Assembly (NCBI GenBank): GCA_964482725.1 | Contig: CAYZYT010000013.1 | Span: 1,465 to 65,464, forward strand | DNA length: 64,000 bases | Source: an uncultured bacterium | Lineage (GTDB): Bacteria; Omnitrophota; Omnitrophia; Omnitrophales; Aquincolibacteriaceae | Direction of reading: 5' to 3' | Part shown: piece after piece, positions 19,060 through 27,945 of the stretch | Position numbering within the stretch: position 1 is the stretch's first letter | Layout: each line of letters begins with the position of its first letter | The notes under the pieces: model-generated | What the model saw: only the letters and a program-made list of their open reading frames with translations | The model's database searches: none | Told to the model about the DNA's origin: nothing | Program-made: the position numbers and the translations under genes

Positions 19060-19301
19060 AGTCTCAATGCCTATCAATTTTAACAAAGTTGAAATTGGGG
19101 CTGTCCCAATTCAGATCAATCGAAGCAAATTTGAGATCGGGGCTGCCCTGATTGCCATACCAGAAAAAGAAAACACAAATCAGGGCTGTCCCCACTACCC
19201 CTGATGTAAAAAAATCAAAAGTTGGGATGGCTGCATGATACCTTATCCAGCACCGTTTTCCATTTGTTTTTAGGGGTTACCGTCTCAAGGAACGAGGCGC
19301 C

Positions 19302-19832
19302 TCAGGAACGCTTGTAGGTTCCTCTCAACATTCCTTCTGCTAAAACACGCCCTTCCATCGTCTTGAGCAGGTCCCGCTTGGTGGCACCGGGCTTTAAATG
19401 AAGCATCGTATCCAGCGCGTAAACCATAAAAGCATAGCGATGCGTGCCGCTTGGGGGACACGGCCCCCCATACCCGATCGCTCCGAAATCATTCTTCCCT
19501 TGAAGCCCTCCCATGGAGAGTTTTTCATCCTTAGGAATTCCGGCAGGAAGCTGCGTCAAAGACGGCGGCAGATCATAAACCAGCCAATGCACCCAATCTC
19601 CGGCCGGAGCATCGGGATCCTCGGCAACGATCACAAGACTTTGCGTTTGGGTCGGAACGCCGGACCATGCGATCGGCGGTGACCTATCGGCTCCGTCGCA
19701 GGTAAAATCTGACGGAATGCTGCCCCGATCCTCGAACGCGGAACTGCGGACTTCGAGCTGTTCCATAAAAAACTCCTCCGTTTGCCCCAAAACAGGAGAG
19801 ATAAATAGCAGACCTAAAACAATAACCGTCAT
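19302..19832 (-). CDS. YbhB/YbcL (PEBP/Raf kinase inhibitor-like) protein
   Basis: SPPIAWS, DPDAP, WVHW, GYGGPCPP, HRY. Start either 19832 (signal-like) or 19766 (GGAGGAG RBS). Confidence 0.92.
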   Translation of the reverse strand: MTVIVLGLLFISPVLGQTEEFFMEQLEVRSSAFEDRGSIPSDFTCDGADRSPPIAWSGVPTQTQSLVIVAEDPDAPAGDWVHWLVYDLPPSLTQLPAGIPKDEKLSMGGLQGKNDFGAIGYGGPCPPSGTHRYAFMVYALDTMLHLKPGATKRDLLKTMEGRVLAEGMLRGTYKRS

Positions 19833-19917
19833 CCTGAGCATCGCGAAGGATCTCACATTAAAATTCTTCGCCCTGCTGTCCCGCCTCTGGCGGGACAAGC
19901 ATCAGGCTCAGCATGAC
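19828..19917. repeat. GTCATcCTGAG...CTCAGxATGAC palindromic element, copy 1, with nested GTCCCGCC/GGCGGGAC hairpin
   Basis: Shares termini and the CGAAGGATCT/ATTCTTCG core with four other copies. Confidence 0.85.
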
Positions 19918-19993
19918 GTGTTTTTTAGAGGCGCTTAAGATTCCTTTCATTCCTTCCTCTATTCGCCGTTCCACGTTACCCGTTCCCCGAATT

Positions 19994-20560
19994 TTACGAC
20001 ATACTCCTGACAGAGATCCGGTCGAGGTAACTCAGATCGTCGGTATTGAGACGGATCGTTTCACCCTCGCTGACAAATTGCGGCACGAGAACGATGAGCC
20101 CGTTCTCGAGTTCAGCCTCCTTGAAATTCGCATCGGATCCCAGCCCCTTCGGCGTGCTCACCACCTTGAGCTCGACGATCTTTGGGAACGCAATACTCAG
20201 GACTTTCCCTTCCCCAAAAAGCACCTCGATCACTTCATTCTCCCGCAGGAACACCTCGTGTTTGCCGACCGCCTTGGCCGACAGGGGAAACTGATCGTAG
20301 CTCTCCATATTCATGAACATGAAATGGTCGCCTTCACGGTAAAGATATTGCATCTTCACAACATGGACATCCACTTCCTCCGCGTTCGCGTCCGCGGACA
20401 TTTTTTTCTCGATCACATTTCCTTCATCAAGGCTCCGGAGCTTCAACATCGCGCTCTTGCCGAATTTCCCTGTCCCGCGAATCTCCTGCGTCAAGACCTT
20501 GCAAAGCTTCCCGTCCACGCGAATCACATTCCCTACCCGTATTTCTGATGCAATGACCAT
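19994..20560 (-). CDS. efp: Elongation factor P family protein
   Basis: RGTGKFG loop, QYLYREG, FMNMESYDQ, KEAELENG, VPQFVSEGE; GGAGG RBS. Confidence 0.9.
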   Translation of the reverse strand: MVIASEIRVGNVIRVDGKLCKVLTQEIRGTGKFGKSAMLKLRSLDEGNVIEKKMSADANAEEVDVHVVKMQYLYREGDHFMFMNMESYDQFPLSAKAVGKHEVFLRENEVIEVLFGEGKVLSIAFPKIVELKVVSTPKGLGSDANFKEAELENGLIVLVPQFVSEGETIRLNTDDLSYLDRISVRSMS

Positions 20561-20596
20561 TTTTATTCCTCCGATTCATTAATCCTTGGCAAGAAA

Positions 20597-21238
20597 TTAC
20601 TGCAAAGGAGTCCAATTCACACTAGAGTTAGAAAAGCCCGTTAAACTACTCGAAATAGCCACTATCCAATAATTTCCTTTCTTGACGGAAAAAGAAACGG
20701 TTCCGTAATAAACTTTTATAGCAGGAGAGACGAGTATACTCATCTGAACGCTATCAACAGCAATGGGGGTGCAATCGCTTAAAGGGCTCGAGCTGCTGCA
20801 GGTGATCCCTTGAATAATGCCGTCCTTTGCAGTGGTGTTTATCTGCACCCATGCAGCCACAAACCCATCGCTCGCCGCGGGGCCATAAGTTGTGTTAGCG
20901 CTCTTCAAACTCGAAGACCCCAGAGACACGCCACCCCCGAGATTCTTCCAGGTGGTACCATCGGTCGTATACTTAAAATTTTCTGAGCCTGATGTATTAT
21001 TATAATAAATACTACCTGCTGCACCGGAGGGGTTCGATACCCCTCCCACAAATGTAAGAACCCCTGTTTGCGGCGTAGTCCCAGTATAGCCTAAGGTAAG
21101 TATCGTGCTTTGGAGCGCGGAATATTCCCCCATCGGCGCGGGATAGTAGGTCGTCAGCTCGATCTTTCCGGCGTAAGCCGAAGGCGCCATCGCTAGAACC
21201 CAAACGATCAGGCTGAATAAAACAGTGGTTTTTAACAT
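20597..21238 (-). CDS. Exported TTYYPAP-family protein A (variable C-terminus)
   Basis: Signal-like N-terminus plus AGKIELTTYYPAPMGEY, shared with the genes at 21447 and 24504. Confidence 0.85.
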   Translation of the reverse strand: MLKTTVLFSLIVWVLAMAPSAYAGKIELTTYYPAPMGEYSALQSTILTLGYTGTTPQTGVLTFVGGVSNPSGAAGSIYYNNTSGSENFKYTTDGTTWKNLGGGVSLGSSSLKSANTTYGPAASDGFVAAWVQINTTAKDGIIQGITCSSSSPLSDCTPIAVDSVQMSILVSPAIKVYYGTVSFSVKKGNYWIVAISSSLTGFSNSSVNWTPLQ

Positions 21239-21300
21239 AGCAGATCCTTTTTGTTGTTTTATGGCTTTTTTTGAATCCCCTCCGAGCACTTAGAATCCTC

Positions 21301-21337
21301 AGGGACAGGTCTGCTTCGATTTTCCAGACCTGTCCCT
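21301..21337. repeat. AGGGACAGGTCT/AGACCTGTCCCT hairpin in duplicated leader
   Basis: Perfect 12-bp inverted repeat; second copy at ~22197-22232. Confidence 0.8.
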
Positions 21338-21340
21338 GCA

Positions 21341-21411
21341 GTCAAGACCTTGCAAAGCTTCCCATCCTCCCGGATCACATTCCCCACCCAAATATCCGAT
21401 GCACCGATCGT
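21341..21411 (-). pseudogene. Degenerate copy of the efp 5' end (~71 nt)
   Basis: gtcaagaccttgcaaagcttccc is identical to 20490-20512; about 80% identity overall to 20490-20560; start codon mutated to ACG. Confidence 0.85.
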
Positions 21412-21446
21412 TTATGCCTACTCAGCTTAAGAACACGATCCGATGA

Positions 21447-22133
21447 CTAATACTTAATGCAGTAAACCACCGCCCGATTTTTGGGCCGAGTTTCTGTACC
21501 GCCCGTCCCCTCCGTAGTACCCCCTTGTCTTCCATAATGGACCGTAGAACCACTCGAGAAATAAAAGACAGGACTGCTTGTCCCCCATATAGCGCCGTTT
21601 GCAGTATGCGCATGTGATTTGAAATCATCGGTTTGGATTGACCCGAGGGTCCGTGTCGCGACGTCAGGGTCCACCCCGCCCAATCCGCGCAGGAAATAAC
21701 CGCGATAATCCGGAAGATTAAATGTGGAACTTCCGTCGCCCGTTCCATGGGTCGTCCCAATAGCGGCAAAAAGAGCCGCGTAGTTCGATCTTGATACCGC
21801 CGCGCCGTTACAAACCAGCCATCCAGACGGAGCCGCGGACATGGCAAAAGCCGAAACCATACCGGGAGGATTCCCGCCTGTGGTTCCCCAAGAGCTTCCA
21901 TCGCAAACCTGAACCTGATTGGTCGAGGAATCGTAGTACATCATCCCTTCTGCCGCGGCATTACACACGGGCTGTGACTTCGGAACAAGCTTGAGGGTGT
22001 TACTCTGCAACGTATCATACTCTCCCATGGGTGCGGGATAGTAAGTCGTCAGCTCCACTTTCCCGGCATACACGGACGGCGTCATCGCCAGAACCCAAAC
22101 GATCAAGCTGAATAAAACCGTGTTTTTAAACAT
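21447..22133 (-). CDS. Exported TTYYPAP-family protein B with phage tail-collar domain
   Basis: AGKVELTTYYPAPMGEY; CNAAAEGMMYYDS...VCDGSSW; collar motif PPGMVSAFA...PSGWLVCNG...YAALFAAIG...FNLPDYRGYFLRG; ETRPKN...YCIKY. Confidence 0.9.
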   Translation of the reverse strand: MFKNTVLFSLIVWVLAMTPSVYAGKVELTTYYPAPMGEYDTLQSNTLKLVPKSQPVCNAAAEGMMYYDSSTNQVQVCDGSSWGTTGGNPPGMVSAFAMSAAPSGWLVCNGAAVSRSNYAALFAAIGTTHGTGDGSSTFNLPDYRGYFLRGLGGVDPDVATRTLGSIQTDDFKSHAHTANGAIWGTSSPVFYFSSGSTVHYGRQGGTTEGTGGTETRPKNRAVVYCIKY

Positions 22134-22236
22134 TGGAGATCCTTTTTGTTGTTTTATGGCTTTTTTCGAATCAACTTCGGATACTTAGAATCCGGAAGGA
22201 CAGGTCTACTTCGCTTTTCCAGACCTGTCCCTGCAG

Positions 22237-22743
22237 TCAACGCTTCCATCCAAACATCATCTGAAGATAAGATCTTTCTTCTCGATCTGTACGCGTGAGG
22301 CCCAGTCTCTTTTCAATCTTTTTGATGGATTGAGACTGCCCTTCGATCTCAAGAAAACGGCCGAATCCGGGCAATCGGTCTAATGTGATATGACTCTTGC
22401 CGAGGCGGTAAAGCTCTCTTTCTTTTTTGTAACACATGACGACTTTGAACCCCGCAAGGCACAGAATCTTTTTCATCAGAATATAATCCACAGGCGTTTC
22501 GATCTCCAGGCGCTTCGTAAATTCGGCTTTCATCCGCGACCCTTTAAGCGTCAGCGTAGCATCCTTCCCGTACTTCCGGAGCCGCATAGCAAGGCATTTC
22601 CCTCTGAGGTCTCCGTCCCGGTCAAAGAACTCGTTCGACTCGAATCCTCCGGCAACCTTCTTAGCGCCTATTTTTTGAAGCAGACCCCGAACCCGTTTCG
22701 GATCCTTCAGACGATATTTCTGTTCGATCTCAAAAAATCTCAT
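22237..22743 (-). CDS. CYTH / class IV adenylate cyclase-like protein
   Basis: EIEQK, MRLR, LTLKG, RLEIET, YKKERE, FLEIEG. Confidence 0.88.
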   Translation of the reverse strand: MRFFEIEQKYRLKDPKRVRGLLQKIGAKKVAGGFESNEFFDRDGDLRGKCLAMRLRKYGKDATLTLKGSRMKAEFTKRLEIETPVDYILMKKILCLAGFKVVMCYKKERELYRLGKSHITLDRLPGFGRFLEIEGQSQSIKKIEKRLGLTRTDREERSYLQMMFGWKR

Positions 22744-22847
22744 AGACTCTAAACGCCTCGCTATAACAGCTTATCCCGTAGGGCAGGTTTTCCGCCTGCA
22801 AAGCAGGACGGATTCGTCAAACACCAAGCCGTCCGCTGAAAAACTCC

Positions 22848-22924
22848 GTCATCCTGAAACGATGCGCTGCATCGCGAAGGATCTCCGCTCGAGATTCTTC
22901 GCCCTCTCCGGGGCTCAGAATGAC
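22848..22924. repeat. GTCAT...ATGAC palindromic element, copy 2
   Basis: gtcatcctgaa...cgaaggatctc...gagattcttcg...ctcagaatgac. Confidence 0.85.
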
Positions 22925-22949
22925 GCGGGCCGGATTTTTCAGCAACCAG

Positions 22950-23504
22950 CTACGCCTGGATCAACATTTTATCGCGGACATTGTCGGCCAGGTCTTTTCC
23001 CACAAGTCGGGTAGCGATCACAAGCGCAAATTCCAGAGCCGTACCGGGGCCCTGGCTTGTGATAATATTCCCGTCCACCACCACTCGTTCCTTGGAATGA
23101 ATGGTCGTACTCGAAAAATCCGCTTCACAACCCGGATAGCAGGTCGCCTTCTTACCCTCGAGGATACCCAACGGCGCTAACACAACCGCCGGAGCGGCGC
23201 AGATCGCGGCCACGAGCTTTCCTTCGGCATTCATTCTTTTGATAAATTTCGAAACTTCTTCGGACTTGGCGAGATTCGTAGCTCCCGGAAGCCCTCCGGG
23301 AAGGATCACGACGTCGGGAAGGTCCTGGATATCTTTCAGAAGTGCGTCCGCGTGAATTCCGATCTTCCTTGAACTCGAAACAAGTCTGGAGTCTACGCCG
23401 GCCAAGGTCACCCGGACCCCTGCACGCCTCAGGACATCGATCGGCGCGATCGCTTCAAGTTCTTCAAACCCCTCTGCGAGAATCACAACCGCTGTTTTTG
23501 GCAT
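22950..23504 (-). CDS. DJ-1/YajL (ThiJ) family protein
   Basis: GFEELE, ILPGG, AAICAAP, ATCYP, TSQGPG. Confidence 0.93.
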   Translation of the reverse strand: MPKTAVVILAEGFEELEAIAPIDVLRRAGVRVTLAGVDSRLVSSSRKIGIHADALLKDIQDLPDVVILPGGLPGATNLAKSEEVSKFIKRMNAEGKLVAAICAAPAVVLAPLGILEGKKATCYPGCEADFSSTTIHSKERVVVDGNIITSQGPGTALEFALVIATRLVGKDLADNVRDKMLIQA

Positions 23505-23515
23505 AGCCGCCCCTT

Positions 23516-23941
23516 TTACTGAGGTCCTGGATTTTGCGCATTCGGATCAACTTGTTCCACCACAAGCTTCTTCTGCCCGAAGATCCTGTCATTGGCAAAG
23601 ATCCGGAATTCATAATTCCCCGCGTGCATGAAACGCACCCCCCGGAGGTTAAACACCAGCTCATGTGCGTCGAGAGGACTCGGGACGCGCACTTCTTCCG
23701 GCATTTCGCTTTTGCCGATCATAGCATCACTTTGCAGGTCTACGAGTTCCAGCCGGAAGTGATAGCCCCCCTGCGCATCCGTCAGCTTGATATAGACGGA
23801 CATCGCAAAATGTGTGCAGGGAAACGTGGCCGCGCCGATATTCTCAAAAACCCCGATCAGACTTTTTTTGTTCGTGCCGCGCTCCGTGATCACGTAATCG
23901 CAGATGAGCATGGCGTTCGTTTTAGGTGTAGGAGATGTCAT
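23516..23941 (-). CDS. Hypothetical protein (DUF6941-like)
   Basis: LICDYVITE...KKSLIGVF...GNYEFRI pattern. Confidence 0.65.
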   Translation of the reverse strand: MTSPTPKTNAMLICDYVITERGTNKKSLIGVFENIGAATFPCTHFAMSVYIKLTDAQGGYHFRLELVDLQSDAMIGKSEMPEEVRVPSPLDAHELVFNLRGVRFMHAGNYEFRIFANDRIFGQKKLVVEQVDPNAQNPGPQ

Positions 23942-23976
23942 AAAACCCTTTCGTTAGGCCGCCCAACATAATGACC

Positions 23977-24039
23977 GTCATCCTGAGCGAAGCGAAGGAT
24001 CTCGCTTCGGGATTCTTCGCCCTACGGGCTCAGAATGAC
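23977..24039. repeat. GTCAT...ATGAC palindromic element, copy 3
   Basis: gtcatcctgagcgaagcgaaggatctc...gggattcttcgccctacgggctcagaatgac. Confidence 0.88.
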
Positions 24040-24076
24040 GCATTTTGTTAATGGCTCTTAATAGTTTTTTAAAAAT

Positions 24077-24364
24077 CTATCCAAATTTATAATGTTTCTT
24101 AACAGCTCGCTTGATATTCCAAACGCATTTCAGCCCCTGGGGGAATGTCACAAGATCCCCTTTGCCAAACGAGACCTCGCCCTCTGGAGTCTTCACAATC
24201 ACCTCGCCCTCCAGAAAATAGCAAATCTCTTGCTCATCGTAATACCAGTCAAAGCTCGAGACCTCTTTCGTCCAGATGGGCCATGAAAACACTCCCAGGG
24301 CATTCAGCTTTTCGCTCGTGGGTTTTTCCACCAAAATCTTCAAGGTCGCTTTTCCTGCCGCCAC
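24077..24364 (-). CDS. Cupin domain protein (DUF861-like)
   Basis: WPIWTKEVSSFDWYYDEQEICYFLEGEV, GDLVTFP. Confidence 0.88.
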   Translation of the reverse strand: MAAGKATLKILVEKPTSEKLNALGVFSWPIWTKEVSSFDWYYDEQEICYFLEGEVIVKTPEGEVSFGKGDLVTFPQGLKCVWNIKRAVKKHYKFG

Positions 24365-24503
24365 GATACGCCTCTCGCGTTTTTAAGAGGAACGCCGTTA
24401 AGCCCCGGACTTAAAAAGATTTTCAAAGTGGGTTCATATTTCCGGCTTTTAAGTGCCTTTGGCCTGTCTGTCCCATAGGAGTATTTCTACTTTGGTTGGA
24501 CAC

Positions 24504-25178
24504 TTATTCCCATAAAAGAAGGCGCCAATAGCCTGTGTTATATGTATTCTCAGCATAAGTAGTTTCATTGTAATATCTAAACAGTGGCGTGCCGGTTTTA
24601 ATAGTAAATATAACCGTAGAACTGGTTAATCTGACGGTTACGGGATTGGATAATCCATATGTGTTTATTGATCTGGAATAAATAGAAGCGGGTGAAGAAG
24701 AAGTAGCAAAAAACAATTCCGTTCTCCTGGGGAGGACCCCGAGCTGATGCGAAAAAGTGGTTAAATGGTCGTCAGTTGTATTATCCGCAACCCAGCCCGA
24801 ATCATAATCTGGCTCTGCCCCTCCCAAATTCTTCCAGCTAGAACCGTCGCTGTAAAGCATCCCGCCAACACCCGCTCCATTGCCGTCTGAACTGTATCTT
24901 ATTGAACCCGCTGTGCCGCCACTTTGAGCGCCGGCGTTGCCGGTGACCGGAGCCAGCGTCAGAGTATTATCCACAGCTAGAATCGCATGATTCGTGGTCG
25001 ATCCCACATTAACACCCCCCGACGTAGAAGCAAAAGCTGCGTTCTCCGTAGTGCTTAATGTTTTATATTCTCCGTACGGCGCAGGATAGTAGGTCGTCAG
25101 CTCCACTTTCCCGGCATAAGCAGATGGCGTCATTGCCAGGATCAAAAAAATCATGGTTGTTTTTTGGATCAGGCGCAT
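24504..25178 (-). CDS. Exported TTYYPAP-family protein C (variable C-terminus)
   Basis: AGKVELTTYYPAPYGEY; YSDGSSWKNLGG; PDYDSGW...FSHQLGVLP. Confidence 0.85.
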   Translation of the reverse strand: MRLIQKTTMIFLILAMTPSAYAGKVELTTYYPAPYGEYKTLSTTENAAFASTSGGVNVGSTTNHAILAVDNTLTLAPVTGNAGAQSGGTAGSIRYSSDGNGAGVGGMLYSDGSSWKNLGGAEPDYDSGWVADNTTDDHLTTFSHQLGVLPRRTELFFATSSSPASIYSRSINTYGLSNPVTVRLTSSTVIFTIKTGTPLFRYYNETTYAENTYNTGYWRLLLWE

Positions 25179-25211
25179 GCAACTCCCCCTTTTTTACTTC
25201 ATTTGCAGCAT

Positions 25212-25883
25212 TTATTTCCTGAACTTTTCAAGCCACCCGCAGTATTCACACTCCGGCGCAGCCTTGGGCGCAGGACCTGTGAGGATCGCGAGCGCCTGGT
25301 GGAACAATTCCTTCGCGCGTTTAACGTCCGTTGCAATCCGAATCGGTTGGATCTCAAACCCCACCTTACCGTGCTCCCCGACCTCTTTGGGCGAGTAATA
25401 AAGAAGAAATCCGTAGCCGGCGGTTTTGAGTCCGTTCCCCTCGAGCATCAGCGCGTAACAATCCAGCTGGGTTTGATAATACTTGGTCGCGTCCTCTTCA
25501 TTCGTGGGCGAGCCCTTGGTCTTGTAGTCGAACGGAACATAAGCACCCTCCTTCACAAGCAGATCATCGAGCATGCCTGAGAGCACTTCCCCGTTCTCAT
25601 GGTATTGGAGCCCGGTACGCCAGGCACGCCATCTCTCGAGCTGGGCCTGATCGTCATAAAGATGAATGCCTTTGAAAGCGTCAATGCGAAGTTCCGGAGG
25701 AAGTATTCCCTTGGCGCGAAAGGTATCGAAATAGGTCTTGATCACGCGGTCCATGCCTCCCGGAAGCGAGGGGAAAATACCGCGAGGCCGCTTGATTCCC
25801 TTCACCTTCTCCAGCCAGAAACACCGCGGACAATTCTTGAAAAGGCTCAACGCAGATGGAGATAACGTGACTTTCTTTGTCAT
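25212..25883 (-). CDS. PD-(D/E)XK nuclease family protein (RecB/Cas4-like)
   Basis: LSPSAL...CPRCFW, GMLDD, FDYKT, QLDCYA, CEYC. Confidence 0.85.
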   Translation of the reverse strand: MTKKVTLSPSALSLFKNCPRCFWLEKVKGIKRPRGIFPSLPGGMDRVIKTYFDTFRAKGILPPELRIDAFKGIHLYDDQAQLERWRAWRTGLQYHENGEVLSGMLDDLLVKEGAYVPFDYKTKGSPTNEEDATKYYQTQLDCYALMLEGNGLKTAGYGFLLYYSPKEVGEHGKVGFEIQPIRIATDVKRAKELFHQALAILTGPAPKAAPECEYCGWLEKFRK

Positions 25884-26005
25884 GGGCTCCTCAAAAATGG
25901 AATGGCGTGATTATATATCTGCAGTCTGCCCAATAGCCAGCGATTTACAATCGGATGGATGGGATCGGAGGGTGGATGGAGAAAAACCAAGCCTGTCGCC
26001 ATCCG

Positions 26006-27013
26006 TCATCCGCCATCCTCCATCCGTCTTTTGTTTCCAGGGAACGGATCTTCGGGATCCTTGAAATCCGGCAGAAAGGCGGTCTCTTCTTTCAATTCCT
26101 GCGTGTAAACTTTTTCAAACCCGAGCTTCTCCACGAGTTCCAGAACCTGTTCGTATTCCCCGGAGCTGAGGGCCCGCTGAAGTTTGTCCCTCTGGAAACA
26201 GCCCGGCACCGGCCGGAATTGGCTCATGATCGAGAGCGGGAGTCCGGAGCCGAACTCCCTGTGAAGAATCCTCAGGACTTTCAGACTGTTTTCGACATAG
26301 CCCGGTAAAACCAGATGACGAACAAGGACTCCGCGCCGAGCGGTCTCCGCGCCCAAAACATCCCACGGCTCCAGAAAACCTTTGAGCTTCACCATTTCGT
26401 GAATGGCTTTTAAAGCAATCTCCGGATATCGCGCGTCCCCCATACAGATTTTCGCAAGCTCCGGCTCCGCGAATTTAAAATCCGGAAGGAAAATATCCAT
26501 GAATTCGGAATACTCTTTCACCATTTCCGGCTTCTGATATCCGGAACAGTTGAAGAGCTTTTGCACTTCAACCCCTTCTTCCCGCAACGCATGACAGAGC
26601 GACTGGATATGCGGCCAGAAATGGTCCGGCGTTACGAAATTCAGATTATGGACGTTTTTCAGAAGAAGCGCCCGAACCTCCGACAGAAGTTCCGCGGGCG
26701 TGATCGTGCGCCCGTCATGCTGGATCGAGATCTGGTAGTTTTGGCAGAAAAAGCACTGGCTGGAGCAACCGCTAAAGAAGACCGTCCCGGAACCCCGGGA
26801 TCCCGTGAAGGAAGGTTCTTCTCCGAAGTGAGGCCCTATGAAAGAAACGCGGCAGGCCGGAACCCCTTGCTTCCGGCACGCTCGCGGGAACTTGATGTTC
26901 CCGGCTTCGCAGATCGCGCTCTCCCCGCAGAAACCTAAAGGGCCTTTCGTGCGATCAACTTTACAATCGCGAGGACACAGAGTGCAATGCTGATAGGCCT
27001 CAAAAGAGCTCAT
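26006..27013 (-). CDS. Radical SAM protein (PflX-like)
   Basis: CTLCPRDC, HFGEEP, CSSQCFFCQN, VRHLVLPG, SIMSQFRP. Confidence 0.9.
   Translation of the reverse strand: MSSFEAYQHCTLCPRDCKVDRTKGPLGFCGESAICEAGNIKFPRACRKQGVPACRVSFIGPHFGEEPSFTGSRGSGTVFFSGCSSQCFFCQNYQISIQHDGRTITPAELLSEVRALLLKNVHNLNFVTPDHFWPHIQSLCHALREEGVEVQKLFNCSGYQKPEMVKEYSEFMDIFLPDFKFAEPELAKICMGDARYPEIALKAIHEMVKLKGFLEPWDVLGAETARRGVLVRHLVLPGYVENSLKVLRILHREFGSGLPLSIMSQFRPVPGCFQRDKLQRALSSGEYEQVLELVEKLGFEKVYTQELKEETAFLPDFKDPEDPFPGNKRRMEDGG
26852..26912. mobile_element. Putative 57-bp in-frame palindromic insertion flanked by GCAG direct repeats
   Basis: GCAG at 26852 and 26909; internal hairpins gccggaa/ttccggc and gggaac/gttccc. 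Confidence 0.55.
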
Positions 27014-27019
27014 GGAGGA

Positions 27020-27883
27020 TCAGGAAGGAATAAGCGATTTGAAAGCTTCCGGAAGAAAACGCAAGAGATCGCCCGCGATCAGACTCGTCGGCCCCATCTT
27101 TTGGGCAGCCCTGTCACCGGCCAGTCCATGAACATGAACAGCCAAGCATGCAGCTTCAAAATACGACAGGCCTTGGCCCACGAGCGCCGTGATCACCCCG
27201 GTCAGCACATCGCCCGAGCCCGCAGTCGCCATACCGGGATTGCCGGTCGTATTGATATGACGATCTCCTTCGGGCGCAGCGATAATCGTACGATGTCCTT
27301 TGAGAACGATCACCACGCCATATTTTTGTGCTATGTCCAGGGCCCGTTTTTTCCTCAACGCATCCGAATCATCAAGTTTGCCGCCGAAAACACGCACAAA
27401 TTCTCCCGGATGCGGCGTGAGAACCGCACGCCCACGACAGGCCTCCAACACCTTGAGATGTCCCTTCAAAGCATTGAGGCCGTCAGCATCGATCACGAGA
27501 GGAAGTTCCGTCATTTGGAGGACCTTGCGGATCAATTTTTGCGTCGTACTATGTTGGGAAAGTCCGGGACCGATCGCGAGTACGTCTTGGGTGGCGCACA
27601 GTTTTCCGATCTCGGAAAACCCTTGGAGCGAAAGCGTCCCTTTATTTGTTGAAGGAAAAGGCCGGATCATTAGCTCCGACTCGCGCTTGGCAATGACGAG
27701 ATAGACGGCATCCGGGATACCGATCGTCACGAGTCCGGCACCGGAACGAAGCGCTGCCATGCCCGTCAGATGCGCCGCGCCCGTCATCCCGCGAGAACCC
27801 GCAAGAATGAAGACGCGCCCCATGTCGCCTTTGTGGACGGTAGGAACTCTTTTAAGCTTTTTTGCCACTGAGGAAATATTCAT
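27020..27883 (-). CDS. nnrD: ADP-dependent NAD(P)H-hydrate dehydratase
   Basis: HKGDMG, AGSRGMTGA, IGPGL, IDADGL, TPHPGE, ATAGSGDVL. Confidence 0.93.
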   Translation of the reverse strand: MNISSVAKKLKRVPTVHKGDMGRVFILAGSRGMTGAAHLTGMAALRSGAGLVTIGIPDAVYLVIAKRESELMIRPFPSTNKGTLSLQGFSEIGKLCATQDVLAIGPGLSQHSTTQKLIRKVLQMTELPLVIDADGLNALKGHLKVLEACRGRAVLTPHPGEFVRVFGGKLDDSDALRKKRALDIAQKYGVVIVLKGHRTIIAAPEGDRHINTTGNPGMATAGSGDVLTGVITALVGQGLSYFEAACLAVHVHGLAGDRAAQKMGPTSLIAGDLLRFLPEAFKSLIPS

Positions 27884-27945
27884 AAATTTGAAAAGGACCA
27901 GAGACTGGAGACATGAGACTCGAGATAGGCTGTGGTCTCTGGTCT

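Noticed and set aside
21447-22133. Prophage suggested by the tail-collar domain
   Set aside because: The protein has a signal-like N-terminus and housekeeping neighbours; no integrase, terminase or capsid genes are present.
20597-25178. Invertible shufflon
   Set aside because: All three genes are complete and co-oriented, with no recombinase or inverted silent cassettes.
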